DNA of 45,957 nt from Thermoplasmata archaeon (GTDB taxonomy: Archaea; Thermoplasmatota; Thermoplasmata; Thermoplasmatales; GCA-001856825). The notes below the pieces were generated by a model. It did not search any database. It was given only the letters and a program-made list of their open reading frames with translations, and was not told where the DNA came from. This document shows positions 10,429 through 17,899 of the stretch, piece after piece (positions within the stretch are counted from its first letter, which is position 1; every line of letters begins with the position of its first letter). The translations under genes and the position numbers were made by a program. Location of the stretch: positions 1 to 45,957 of the forward strand of contig JAKATW010000141.1 of assembly GCA_021827945.1 (NCBI GenBank), in the 5' to 3' direction.

Positions 10429-10877
10429 ACGATCACCCCCGTAAAGATGAAAATTACACCAATTGCGCTTATCAGTATCATGAAAATCCCGAGTACGATC
10501 TTGAGGAGGTTGTTCAGTCCCCTCAACGACTTAGCCTTGTAAGGAAATTCTGGCCTGTAGGGCTTTGGAAGCATAAGGCCGTTCTCCACTATGGTGAGTC
10601 TTATTCCATTGAGGGCGTGGTAAACAGCCACAATCAGGATCAGCGAAAGTATGAACGGACCATAGTGCGCTCCAAACGGGTAATCAAGGTCGACCATTAT
10701 CTTGTCCCAGGTAACCTGACCGTTTAGAATGTTAGAGGTCTCCCACACGTGGGCTATAAGGTAGAGGCCCAGAGCAATCCCAGTCAATCTGTGGAGTGCG
10801 AACATCCATCTGTCCGTGCCGTACTTGAATGGGTTGAACCATGAAATCCATCCCTTTTTGTTTTCAATTGTCATCAT
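10425..10877 (-). CDS. sdhC: Succinate dehydrogenase cytochrome b subunit
   Basis: LHRLTG...YLIAH and YHALNGIR motifs; three TM helices; GAGGTGA ribosome-binding site. Confidence 0.9.
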   Translation of the reverse strand: MMTIENKKGWISWFNPFKYGTDRWMFALHRLTGIALGLYLIAHVWETSNILNGQVTWDKIMVDLDYPFGAHYGPFILSLILIVAVYHALNGIRLTIVENGLMLPKPYRPEFPYKAKSLRGLNNLLKIVLGIFMILISAIGVIFIFTGVIV

Positions 10878-10883
10878 ATCACC

Positions 10884-12599
10884 TCAGTATACCCTCGGTT
10901 CTGGTTTCCATTTGGTGAGCGTGACCGGACGGTAAGTAATCTGCAGTGCACCATCTACCCTCTGTGCAATCGTGTGTTTCAGGTAATTATCATCATCCCT
11001 CTTCGGGAAGTCAGTCCTGAAGTGGGACCCCCTACTTTCCTTTCTCTGAAGCGCACTGTAGACGACGACCTCGGCGAGTTCTACGAGGTTCTTCATTTCG
11101 AGGGATGTGATTAGGTTTTGATTGTAGACGTTTCCTTTCTCCGATATGGAGATCTTCTTGCTCTTTTCAATGAGGCCTCTTATTTTACTCAGCCCTTCAG
11201 TGAGATCCTTTTCGTTTCGGAATACGTAAGCGTCCTTGTCCATAGTAGTCCAGAGCTCTCTCTTTATTTCGTATGGATCGTTGTCTCCCTTATCTCTGTA
11301 GGCATCTGCTACAAAGTTTTCCGCAAACGATCTCTCCCCCTCTGAAAGGTCTATTGAACCGCTGCCTGAGAGAAGCCACTTTGCAGAGTCATCGCCAGCC
11401 ATCTTTCCGAAAACGACGCACTCGCTTGTGGAGTTAGCCCCGAGTCTGTTAGATCCATGAACTGAATAGCAAGCTGTCTCCCCGGCTGCCCATAGCCCAG
11501 TAACTCCAGTGAAACCGGTTCGGCTCACATCGATTCCACCCATCGTGTAGTGTGCTGAAGGCCTAACTGGAAGAGGAGAATCGACTGGGTCTATCCCGAC
11601 ATAGTGATTCCCAATATCCCTTACCTGCGAGAGTTTCTCCTTTATCTTTTCTGTACCTATCGGAGAGAAATCAAGGAGAAGGTAGTCGAGCCCATTCGGA
11701 CCCTTGAATCCCTTTCCCTCAAGGATCTCTGTCATCATGCTCCTGGAAACTATGTCCCTCGGTGCGAGATCCTTCTTTGTGGGGGCATATCTTTCCATGA
11801 ATCTTTCTCCCTTTGCATTCCTGAGTATTCCTCCATCCCCCCTCACGCCCTCTGTGATAAGTATTCCAGAGGGTACAAGTCCGGTTGGATGGAACTGGAC
11901 AAATTCGATGTCCTTGAGCTTTATTCCTCTTCGGAGAGCAATTGCCAGACCGTCACCGGTAACAAGGTGTGAATATGTAGTGTAACCGTAGAGCCTCCCA
12001 AGACCCCCAGTCGCAATTATACCAGCCCTTGCCTTGAATATCCTGACCTGTCCGGTTGGAATGTCAAAGGCCATGACTCCCTTGAACCTGTTGTTCTCGA
12101 TTATGACATCGTAGACGAACTGTTCATGAAACTTGTCAATATTTCCGTACTTTAGCAAGGTGTCATACAGAGCGTGCACTTCGTAGAATCCCGTTTTGTC
12201 TGAGGCGAAGGTAGCCCTCGGAAATGAGTGTCCTCCGAAGGGCCTCTGTGCGACCCTTCCGTCTTCCCTTCTCGCCCACGGAACCCCCCAGTGCTCAAGC
12301 TCAAGGATGTCGACAGGGCACTGTCTCACGAAGAATTCCACAATATCCTGGTCGCCCAAGTAGTCTGATCCCTTGATCGTGTCATAGGCGTGAAGATCAA
12401 AAGAATCACCCTCGTCCGTGTAGAGGACTGCAGCAGATCCACCCTCTGCAGAAATTGAATGGGGTCGCATCAGCTGATTCTTTGCAATGATTGCAATCCG
12501 CAACTTGTCCTTTCCAACTCTAGCAGCTTCGATTGCAGCTCTAAGACCTGCAAGACCGGAACCGACTATAACTAAATCGTAATCAAAGATTTCGACCAA
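10884..12599 (-). CDS. sdhA: Succinate dehydrogenase flavoprotein subunit (conventional complex)
   Basis: GSGLAG, PHSISAEGG (covalent-FAD His), QFHPTG, EGVRGDGG, LAPRD, HYTMGG, HGSNRLGANS, ESRGSH. Start re-called to TTG 12599 (GGAG upstream); ORF track starts at 12629. Confidence 0.95.
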   Translation of the reverse strand: MVEIFDYDLVIVGSGLAGLRAAIEAARVGKDKLRIAIIAKNQLMRPHSISAEGGSAAVLYTDEGDSFDLHAYDTIKGSDYLGDQDIVEFFVRQCPVDILELEHWGVPWARREDGRVAQRPFGGHSFPRATFASDKTGFYEVHALYDTLLKYGNIDKFHEQFVYDVIIENNRFKGVMAFDIPTGQVRIFKARAGIIATGGLGRLYGYTTYSHLVTGDGLAIALRRGIKLKDIEFVQFHPTGLVPSGILITEGVRGDGGILRNAKGERFMERYAPTKKDLAPRDIVSRSMMTEILEGKGFKGPNGLDYLLLDFSPIGTEKIKEKLSQVRDIGNHYVGIDPVDSPLPVRPSAHYTMGGIDVSRTGFTGVTGLWAAGETACYSVHGSNRLGANSTSECVVFGKMAGDDSAKWLLSGSGSIDLSEGERSFAENFVADAYRDKGDNDPYEIKRELWTTMDKDAYVFRNEKDLTEGLSKIRGLIEKSKKISISEKGNVYNQNLITSLEMKNLVELAEVVVYSALQRKESRGSHFRTDFPKRDDDNYLKHTIAQRVDGALQITYRPVTLTKWKPEPRVY

Positions 12600-12700
12600 A
12601 TAGATCTCCAGTGAGAAAGTGCATGACAATATAAAAATTCTCAGTTTTGCTATCTAAATTAAATTTAGTCCACTTAAACTGTATTTTAATGGAATAAAGA

Positions 12701-12728
12701 GTCAAATTCTCATCGACTGAAATTTGAC
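12701..12728. terminator. Inverted repeat/hairpin after the type F sdh operon
   Basis: GTCAAATT(C)TCA-TCGAC-TGA-AATTTGAC, 2 bp beyond the stop of the 56-aa ORF; terminator or operator. Confidence 0.45.
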
Positions 12729-12730
12729 AT

Positions 12731-12901
12731 CTAGGTTGCAAGGATTGAGAATGCGAACACCAGGAACCCGATTATAACCATTGTTTCTGCACTGGTCTTC
12801 CCAAGATCGATGAGCTTGTAGAGTACTCCAGCTGTCTCCATCAGGAGTATTCCGAGGAAGAAGAGAGGGTACCTGAACCTGGAAGGAAGTATTTTTGACA
12901 T
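12731..12901 (-). CDS. Small two-TM membrane protein (56 aa), last gene of the type F sdh operon
   Basis: Not in the ORF track. MSKILPSRFRYPLFFLGILLMETAGVLYKLIDLGKTSAETMVIIGFLVFAFSILAT*; the ATG is separated by 3 bp from the anchor gene stop; two hydrophobic segments. Confidence 0.7.
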   Translation of the reverse strand: MSKILPSRFRYPLFFLGILLMETAGVLYKLIDLGKTSAETMVIIGFLVFAFSILAT

Positions 12902-12904
12902 GGA

Positions 12905-13624
12905 TCACAACCCCATGTGAATTAGCAAAATGTTGGGCACAATTCCTGCAATCATTCCCCTTATGAACAGGTCAACAAAGACGAACATTATCAGGCTTGT
13001 CCATGCGATCGCCTCGTGATGGCCGTTCAGTCTGGACTGGAACCTGTAGATTGAATTCTTCTTGTCCCGGTTGACGGGGCAGTTCACACAATCCTTGTAC
13101 CCACCGATAAGGTGCCTTACGGAATGGCAGGAGAAAGTATAGAATGTGACAGCCAGTGCGTTTATGGTCAGAATGACAGTACCCAAACTCACGGTAATTG
13201 CTCCAGTGTAGACGATGGAATGGTATATGTCGTAGTAGAAGAAGGGGAGTATGCCCCATGCAGTATACATGAAATATCTATGGATATTTTCGACCCTGAA
13301 GAAACCTGTCTCTCCGCTATAACCCCTACTCTTCGTATCCAGGCGGACATCCGTTGCACAGCTGTTGGGGTGCTTGAAGAGGTGTCTGTGGTAGTCCTTC
13401 CTGTATGCATAGCAGGTCAACCTGAAGAGAACAACGAGGGGGAGTATGAGCACGGTGGGGGTGTAGAATGGATCCGTCAGCCCATCGTAGACGGGTACCT
13501 TGTAAAGGATGATGAGGATCGAGCCCAGTATAGATATGAAAACGAACGACCAGAACCTCCAGTTCGGTTCAAGGAATTCCGGCGGTATCAGGTGTTTCAG
13601 TGGAGTTTCGTTTGCAGCTCTCAT
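12905..13624 (-). CDS. Membrane anchor of a mycobacterial Sdh1-like (type F) succinate:quinone oxidoreductase
   Basis: FRLTCYAYRKDY, YSGET, NIHRYF, SCHSVRHLIGG and LNGHHEAIAW resemble the Rv0249c/Sdh1 anchor family; about five TM helices; ATGA overlap with the Fe-S gene. Confidence 0.82.
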   Translation of the reverse strand: MRAANETPLKHLIPPEFLEPNWRFWSFVFISILGSILIILYKVPVYDGLTDPFYTPTVLILPLVVLFRLTCYAYRKDYHRHLFKHPNSCATDVRLDTKSRGYSGETGFFRVENIHRYFMYTAWGILPFFYYDIYHSIVYTGAITVSLGTVILTINALAVTFYTFSCHSVRHLIGGYKDCVNCPVNRDKKNSIYRFQSRLNGHHEAIAWTSLIMFVFVDLFIRGMIAGIVPNILLIHMGL

Positions 13625-14370
13625 CTCTTTCCACCGCCTTTTCTCCTGGACCTCACAAAAATAGCTATCGGATCATACTCGGCATTGACTGCCCTCTCCT
13701 TCTCTGGAATTATGGCATTATCTGTAATGTGTATCTCCTCAGGACAGACCTCGGTGCAGCACTTGGTTATGTTGCAATAGCCGAGACCCGCGTCCTTGTT
13801 CATGAATTCCGATCTATCCAGAGCGTCCAGCGGGTGCATATCCAAGGAGGCTGCCTTCACCACGTGCCTTGGACCAAAGTAACCGGAATTGTGCTCCCTG
13901 ATAACGTGACATACGTCCTGGCAGAGGAAACACTCTATGCACTTCTTGAATTCCTTAGATCTCTCTATATCTACCTGTGAAATCTTCCATGGTTTTTCCA
14001 GCCCCTCCCTGGGAGTAAATTTTGGGATCTTCTTTAGGAGGTCCCAGTTCTGTGAAACGTCTGTAACGAGGTCCTTTATCAGGGGGTAGGCAGCGATAGG
14101 AGACACTTTTATCTTACCGTCCTTGAAAGAATCAACGCGAGTCTTGCACATCAGTGAGGGCCTGTGGTTTATCTCTGCCGAGCAAGAACCACACTTTCCA
14201 GCCATGCAGTTCCACCTCAGAGATAGACTCGGGTCGATGTGTCTCTCTATATACTTCATGGCATCCAGGACGACCATTCCCTCTTCCTTCGGGACTTCAT
14301 AGTCCACGAACCTTCCCTCCTTCTCAGATGAGGGATCGTATCTGTATACACTGACCTTGATGCTTTCCAT
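13621..14370 (-). CDS. sdhB: Succinate dehydrogenase/fumarate reductase Fe-S subunit, Sdh1-like
   Basis: WNCMAGKCGSCSAE, CIECFLCQDVCH and CNITKCCTEVCPE..ITDNAIIP.KER are Sdh1-type signatures. Start re-called to ATG 14370, overlapping the upstream stop. Confidence 0.9.
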   Translation of the reverse strand: MESIKVSVYRYDPSSEKEGRFVDYEVPKEEGMVVLDAMKYIERHIDPSLSLRWNCMAGKCGSCSAEINHRPSLMCKTRVDSFKDGKIKVSPIAAYPLIKDLVTDVSQNWDLLKKIPKFTPREGLEKPWKISQVDIERSKEFKKCIECFLCQDVCHVIREHNSGYFGPRHVVKAASLDMHPLDALDRSEFMNKDAGLGYCNITKCCTEVCPEEIHITDNAIIPEKERAVNAEYDPIAIFVRSRRKGGGKR

Positions 14371-16094
14371 CAGTATTCCTCCTCCCTTATGAGTTTCCTC
14401 AGATTGTCTGGGATTTTTGGAACTTCCCTCCATTCAAGTCTCATTCCTCTCTCTCCCTTCGTGTAGATGATGTTCTTCCTCATTGCTGGGTCCTTCTTCG
14501 GATAGTCACTTCTCGCGTGGGCTCCCCTGCTCTCCTTCCTCTCTATTGCTCCCCTTACGATTGCTTCTGCTGCGGTAAGCATTGAGGGGAGCTCAAGAAC
14601 CTGAAGTAACCCCTTGTTGTACTTCAGGCCACCATGAACTGCAGCTTTCTTTGACAGGTCCTTCAGCTCCTGAATCGTTTCTAGCGCTTTCCTGAGGTTC
14701 TCCTCATTTCGTATGATACCCACGTTTTCGCTCATGTTTTCCTCAAGTCTCGAAGCCAGGTCGTAAGGGTTCAGTCCGTCCCTTCCGACCAACGAGTTCA
14801 CCCTTTCTATCTCTGCCGAAATGGCAGCATCGTCTATTTTTCCCTGTGATATCTTTTTCGAGTACGATGAGGCCCCCTCTCCGCTTCTCTTTCCGAACAC
14901 CAGAATGTCGGCCAGGGAATTTCCTCCAAGTCTGTTCGCTCCGTGGAGACCGCTGGCCACCTCGCCCGATGCAAACAACCCTGGAATATTTGTAGCAGTA
15001 CTCTCCGGGTCTACCCTGATTCCACCCATCTGGTAGTGCACGGTGGGAGCCACCTCCATCTTTTCCTTTGTGATGTCAACGCCGGCGAAATCCATGTACT
15101 GCTTGTACATGCTCGGCAATTTTCTCTTGATGAAATCCGCACCCCTGTGGGTTATGTCTAGGTACACCCCCCCGTGTGCTGTACCTCTTCCGGCCATTAT
15201 CTCCGCGTAGTTAGCCCTGGCAACTATATCTCTTGCGTCAAGCTCCATCTTCTTGGGAGAGTATCGCGCCATGTATCTCTCTCCCTGCGCATTCAATAAT
15301 ATCCCTCCCTCTCCCCTGACGCCCTCTGTTACCAGCAGTCCCTTGACGCCAGGAGGAAAAACCATTCCAGTTGGATGGAACTGTATCATTTCCATATCCA
15401 TCAGTTCAGCCCCTGCCTCAAAAGCTAGTCCCAGTCCATCGCCGGTAGATTCCCAGGAATTGGAAGTGACCTTGTATATCCTACCACAACCTCCTGTAGA
15501 AACGATGACTGCCTTTGAACTGAAAACGTGAATATCTCCGGTATTCAACTTTATTCCAATTGCCCCGACTACCCTTTCCCCATCCTTGAGGAGTTTGGTG
15601 ACATAGAATTCATCGAAGAACTTTATGTCCCTGTGAAGAATCTGATCCTCAAGGGTCCTTATTATTTCCAGGCCGGTCCTGTCGCCGACATGACAGAGTC
15701 TCCTGTACGTATGAGCTCCAAACGCTCTCTGCATAATGGTACCTTCTGGAGTCCTGTCGAATAGCGCACCATATTCTTCAAGTTCCCTGACCCTTTCGGG
15801 CGCCTCCTTAGACAGTATCTCTGCCATCCTGAAGTTTGAGATGTAGACTCCCTCCTCCATGGTGTCAGCGAAATGGACCTCCCAGCTGTCCTTGGGGTCG
15901 ACGTTTGCTAGTGCGGCAGCGATTCCCCCTTCAGCCATAACGGTGTGCGCTTTGCCCAAGAGAGACTTGGATAGAACGGTGACGCTCGAACCAGAATCGA
16001 ACGCGGCTATGGCAGCTCTCATCCCAGCTCCTCCAGCCCCTATGATCAGAACATCGGTCTCGTGTTTAATGTATTGTGAACTCATAACACTCAT
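14370..16094 (-). CDS. sdhA: Succinate dehydrogenase/fumarate reductase flavoprotein, Sdh1-like
   Basis: GAGGAG, SLLGKAHTVMAEGG, QFHPTGMV, EGVRGEGG, RD, HYQMGG, HGANRLGGNSL, ESRGAH. Confidence 0.92.
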   Translation of the reverse strand: MSVMSSQYIKHETDVLIIGAGGAGMRAAIAAFDSGSSVTVLSKSLLGKAHTVMAEGGIAAALANVDPKDSWEVHFADTMEEGVYISNFRMAEILSKEAPERVRELEEYGALFDRTPEGTIMQRAFGAHTYRRLCHVGDRTGLEIIRTLEDQILHRDIKFFDEFYVTKLLKDGERVVGAIGIKLNTGDIHVFSSKAVIVSTGGCGRIYKVTSNSWESTGDGLGLAFEAGAELMDMEMIQFHPTGMVFPPGVKGLLVTEGVRGEGGILLNAQGERYMARYSPKKMELDARDIVARANYAEIMAGRGTAHGGVYLDITHRGADFIKRKLPSMYKQYMDFAGVDITKEKMEVAPTVHYQMGGIRVDPESTATNIPGLFASGEVASGLHGANRLGGNSLADILVFGKRSGEGASSYSKKISQGKIDDAAISAEIERVNSLVGRDGLNPYDLASRLEENMSENVGIIRNEENLRKALETIQELKDLSKKAAVHGGLKYNKGLLQVLELPSMLTAAEAIVRGAIERKESRGAHARSDYPKKDPAMRKNIIYTKGERGMRLEWREVPKIPDNLRKLIREEEY

Positions 16095-16199
16095 CAAATT
16101 TTACTTACTTTTGCTCAGTGTTTAAGGAGATATAAATTTTTAGAGGCATTAAGATTATTTCAACGTTCCTTATATCTTTAAAGCGGTACCCTCACCCCA

Positions 16200-17138
16200 C
16201 TAAATCGCGGAGAAATCTATCCTGTTGTTCTTCTTGTCCTTACTCAGTAGAACTATTCTTGAATCCTCTCTTTCTCCTCCAAAATCGTAGTTGATATACC
16301 CGTTCAACCTGAACGAGAAATCCCTGATCTCTCCGTGGGAGGGCATGTTGTTTATTGTCAGCCTGTTTCTGGAACCTCCGACGTGAACGTACCCCTTGTT
16401 CTCTATGAAATCTGGGTCCGCCTTCTTGTCTAGCTTGTAGTACTCTTCCACGTAGCCAAGATTGAAGTCCTTGACCAGAGTGTGCCTTATTACAGTCCTG
16501 GTATCAAGTGAGGGTAGGAGTTCAAGGGTCCGGTTCAACCGTTCCCACGAGTCTCTGTATATGGGATTGAGTATTTCGTTGAACAGCTTCCTGTTTGGCG
16601 CAGCGACCGTCACATAGAGCTGAGTTGGAAGTACTTTCAGTTTCTCTAGAGCTTCCGGTTGAGTCCCATTGGTCACGACGAACGTAGAAATGTGTCTGTT
16701 CTTCGCTTCCCTCAGGAGGTCGTCGAGCTTGCCGTAGAGGGTTGGCTCTCCTGTCAGAGATATGGCCATGTGTTTAGGTTGCTGGGCGTCCAACCACTTT
16801 TTCATGTTCGTTCTGGAATCCCCCTTGAATCCAGTAAGTAGCTGTCTCTGAGCCTGGATCGATCCCTCTAGAATTTCTTCTGCATCGTCTTCCTGTGGGA
16901 TCTTGGCTCCCTCCCATCCCTGAGATCTCCAACAAAAAGTACAGTTCTCAGAGCACCAATCTACTGAAGGGGTCATCTGGACGCACCTGTGGCTCTCAAT
17001 TCCGTAAAAAGTGTTTTTGTAGCACGGTCTGTTGTAATAGAGATCCTGCCTGACCCAGTGGCAAAGCTTTACGCCGGAATGGTTTCCGACTATCTTGTAC
17101 CCCTGCTTCTCTAGTGCTTTCTTCTTGACTTCATCCAT
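16200..17138 (-). CDS. taw1: Radical-SAM 4-demethylwyosine synthase Taw1/TYW1
   Basis: HSGVKLCHW, CYKNTFYGIESHRCVQMTP, CSENCTFCWR, SLTGEPTLY, KGYVHVGGS. Confidence 0.95.
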   Translation of the reverse strand: MDEVKKKALEKQGYKIVGNHSGVKLCHWVRQDLYYNRPCYKNTFYGIESHRCVQMTPSVDWCSENCTFCWRSQGWEGAKIPQEDDAEEILEGSIQAQRQLLTGFKGDSRTNMKKWLDAQQPKHMAISLTGEPTLYGKLDDLLREAKNRHISTFVVTNGTQPEALEKLKVLPTQLYVTVAAPNRKLFNEILNPIYRDSWERLNRTLELLPSLDTRTVIRHTLVKDFNLGYVEEYYKLDKKADPDFIENKGYVHVGGSRNRLTINNMPSHGEIRDFSFRLNGYINYDFGGEREDSRIVLLSKDKKNNRIDFSAI

Positions 17139-17853
17139 TCAGGTTGACACCCACTCCAGAGACTATGAATCCTGTATGATACAGAAATGACGTCTCCGGT
17201 CTCATCCCCATCGCGCTCAGCTTGATAGGAACATCGATGAGTTGATGAACACTTACTAAAAAATCCTTCTTTATCAGGAATCGCGAAAACCTCTCCGCCT
17301 GGGAGTAGGTTGGAAGGATGGATGCTATCTTCTTCGTTCCAGTCAGCCTGCAGTCCAGGAAGTTCCACGGTTCGGGGTTGTCTATGAATATGGTATCGAA
17401 TTCGTCGACTTGTGCCTCCTTCCCATCCCTGTTCCTCGCTTCAATAAGGCCTGACACTTCGAATCTCCTGATGTTCTTCTGAAAGAGTTGAAAGTTCTCT
17501 CCATCAAGCTCGTAGCTCACTATCTTTGTCTTGTATATCAGTGCAGCAAGAATTGAAAATCCTCCGACTCCTCCGCCTATCTCGAGCATTCTGGGACAGA
17601 ACGGCAAATCGAGTTCGAATCCTATCTGATTGACGTCCTTAGGCAGGACAATCTGTGGTCCACGCTCGATTGAAGCTGACACGTCACTCAGCGTCGAATT
17701 CCTGGTCTTGAATCTTCTCGATCCGATCTCCAGTTCCGCAGGAGATACTGAGAACTTGCCGGTATCTATGTTGCCCAAATCCCTTATGTATAGCAGCCCA
17801 GCCGTGTTGGAGAAGGAGTAGAGTTCTCTGTCGTTGTAAAGGGTAACAAGCAC
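17131..17853 (-). CDS. trmI: tRNA (adenine-N1)-methyltransferase, TrmI-like
   Basis: RGPQIVLPKD, LEIGGGVG SAM motif, DNPEPW, LPTYSQ, RPE...HTGF; divergent member. Confidence 0.82.
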   Translation of the reverse strand: MLVTLYNDRELYSFSNTAGLLYIRDLGNIDTGKFSVSPAELEIGSRRFKTRNSTLSDVSASIERGPQIVLPKDVNQIGFELDLPFCPRMLEIGGGVGGFSILAALIYKTKIVSYELDGENFQLFQKNIRRFEVSGLIEARNRDGKEAQVDEFDTIFIDNPEPWNFLDCRLTGTKKIASILPTYSQAERFSRFLIKKDFLVSVHQLIDVPIKLSAMGMRPETSFLYHTGFIVSGVGVNLNG

Positions 17854-17873
17854 AATTTGAGCAGAACAAAGAA

Positions 17874-17879
17874 TTTAAA
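17874..17879. promoter_or_regulatory. Symmetric TTTAAA TATA box between the divergent trmI and alaS genes
   Basis: Palindromic hexamer centred at 17876.5, the exact midpoint of the two GTG starts (17853 and 17900). Confidence 0.6.
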
Positions 17880-17899
17880 ATAGTTATTCTTCCACTCTT

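Noticed and set aside
12702-12908. 68-aa ORF from the track (MIHVKNTS...)
   Set aside because: No recognisable features; the overlapping 56-aa hydrophobic ORF in another frame is the better gene
13112-13780. 222-aa plus-strand ORF, and the other antisense or nested ORFs in the track (e.g. 5276-5773, 27343-27936, 32176-32757)
   Set aside because: They lie opposite well-supported genes and show no motifs; treated as shadow ORFs
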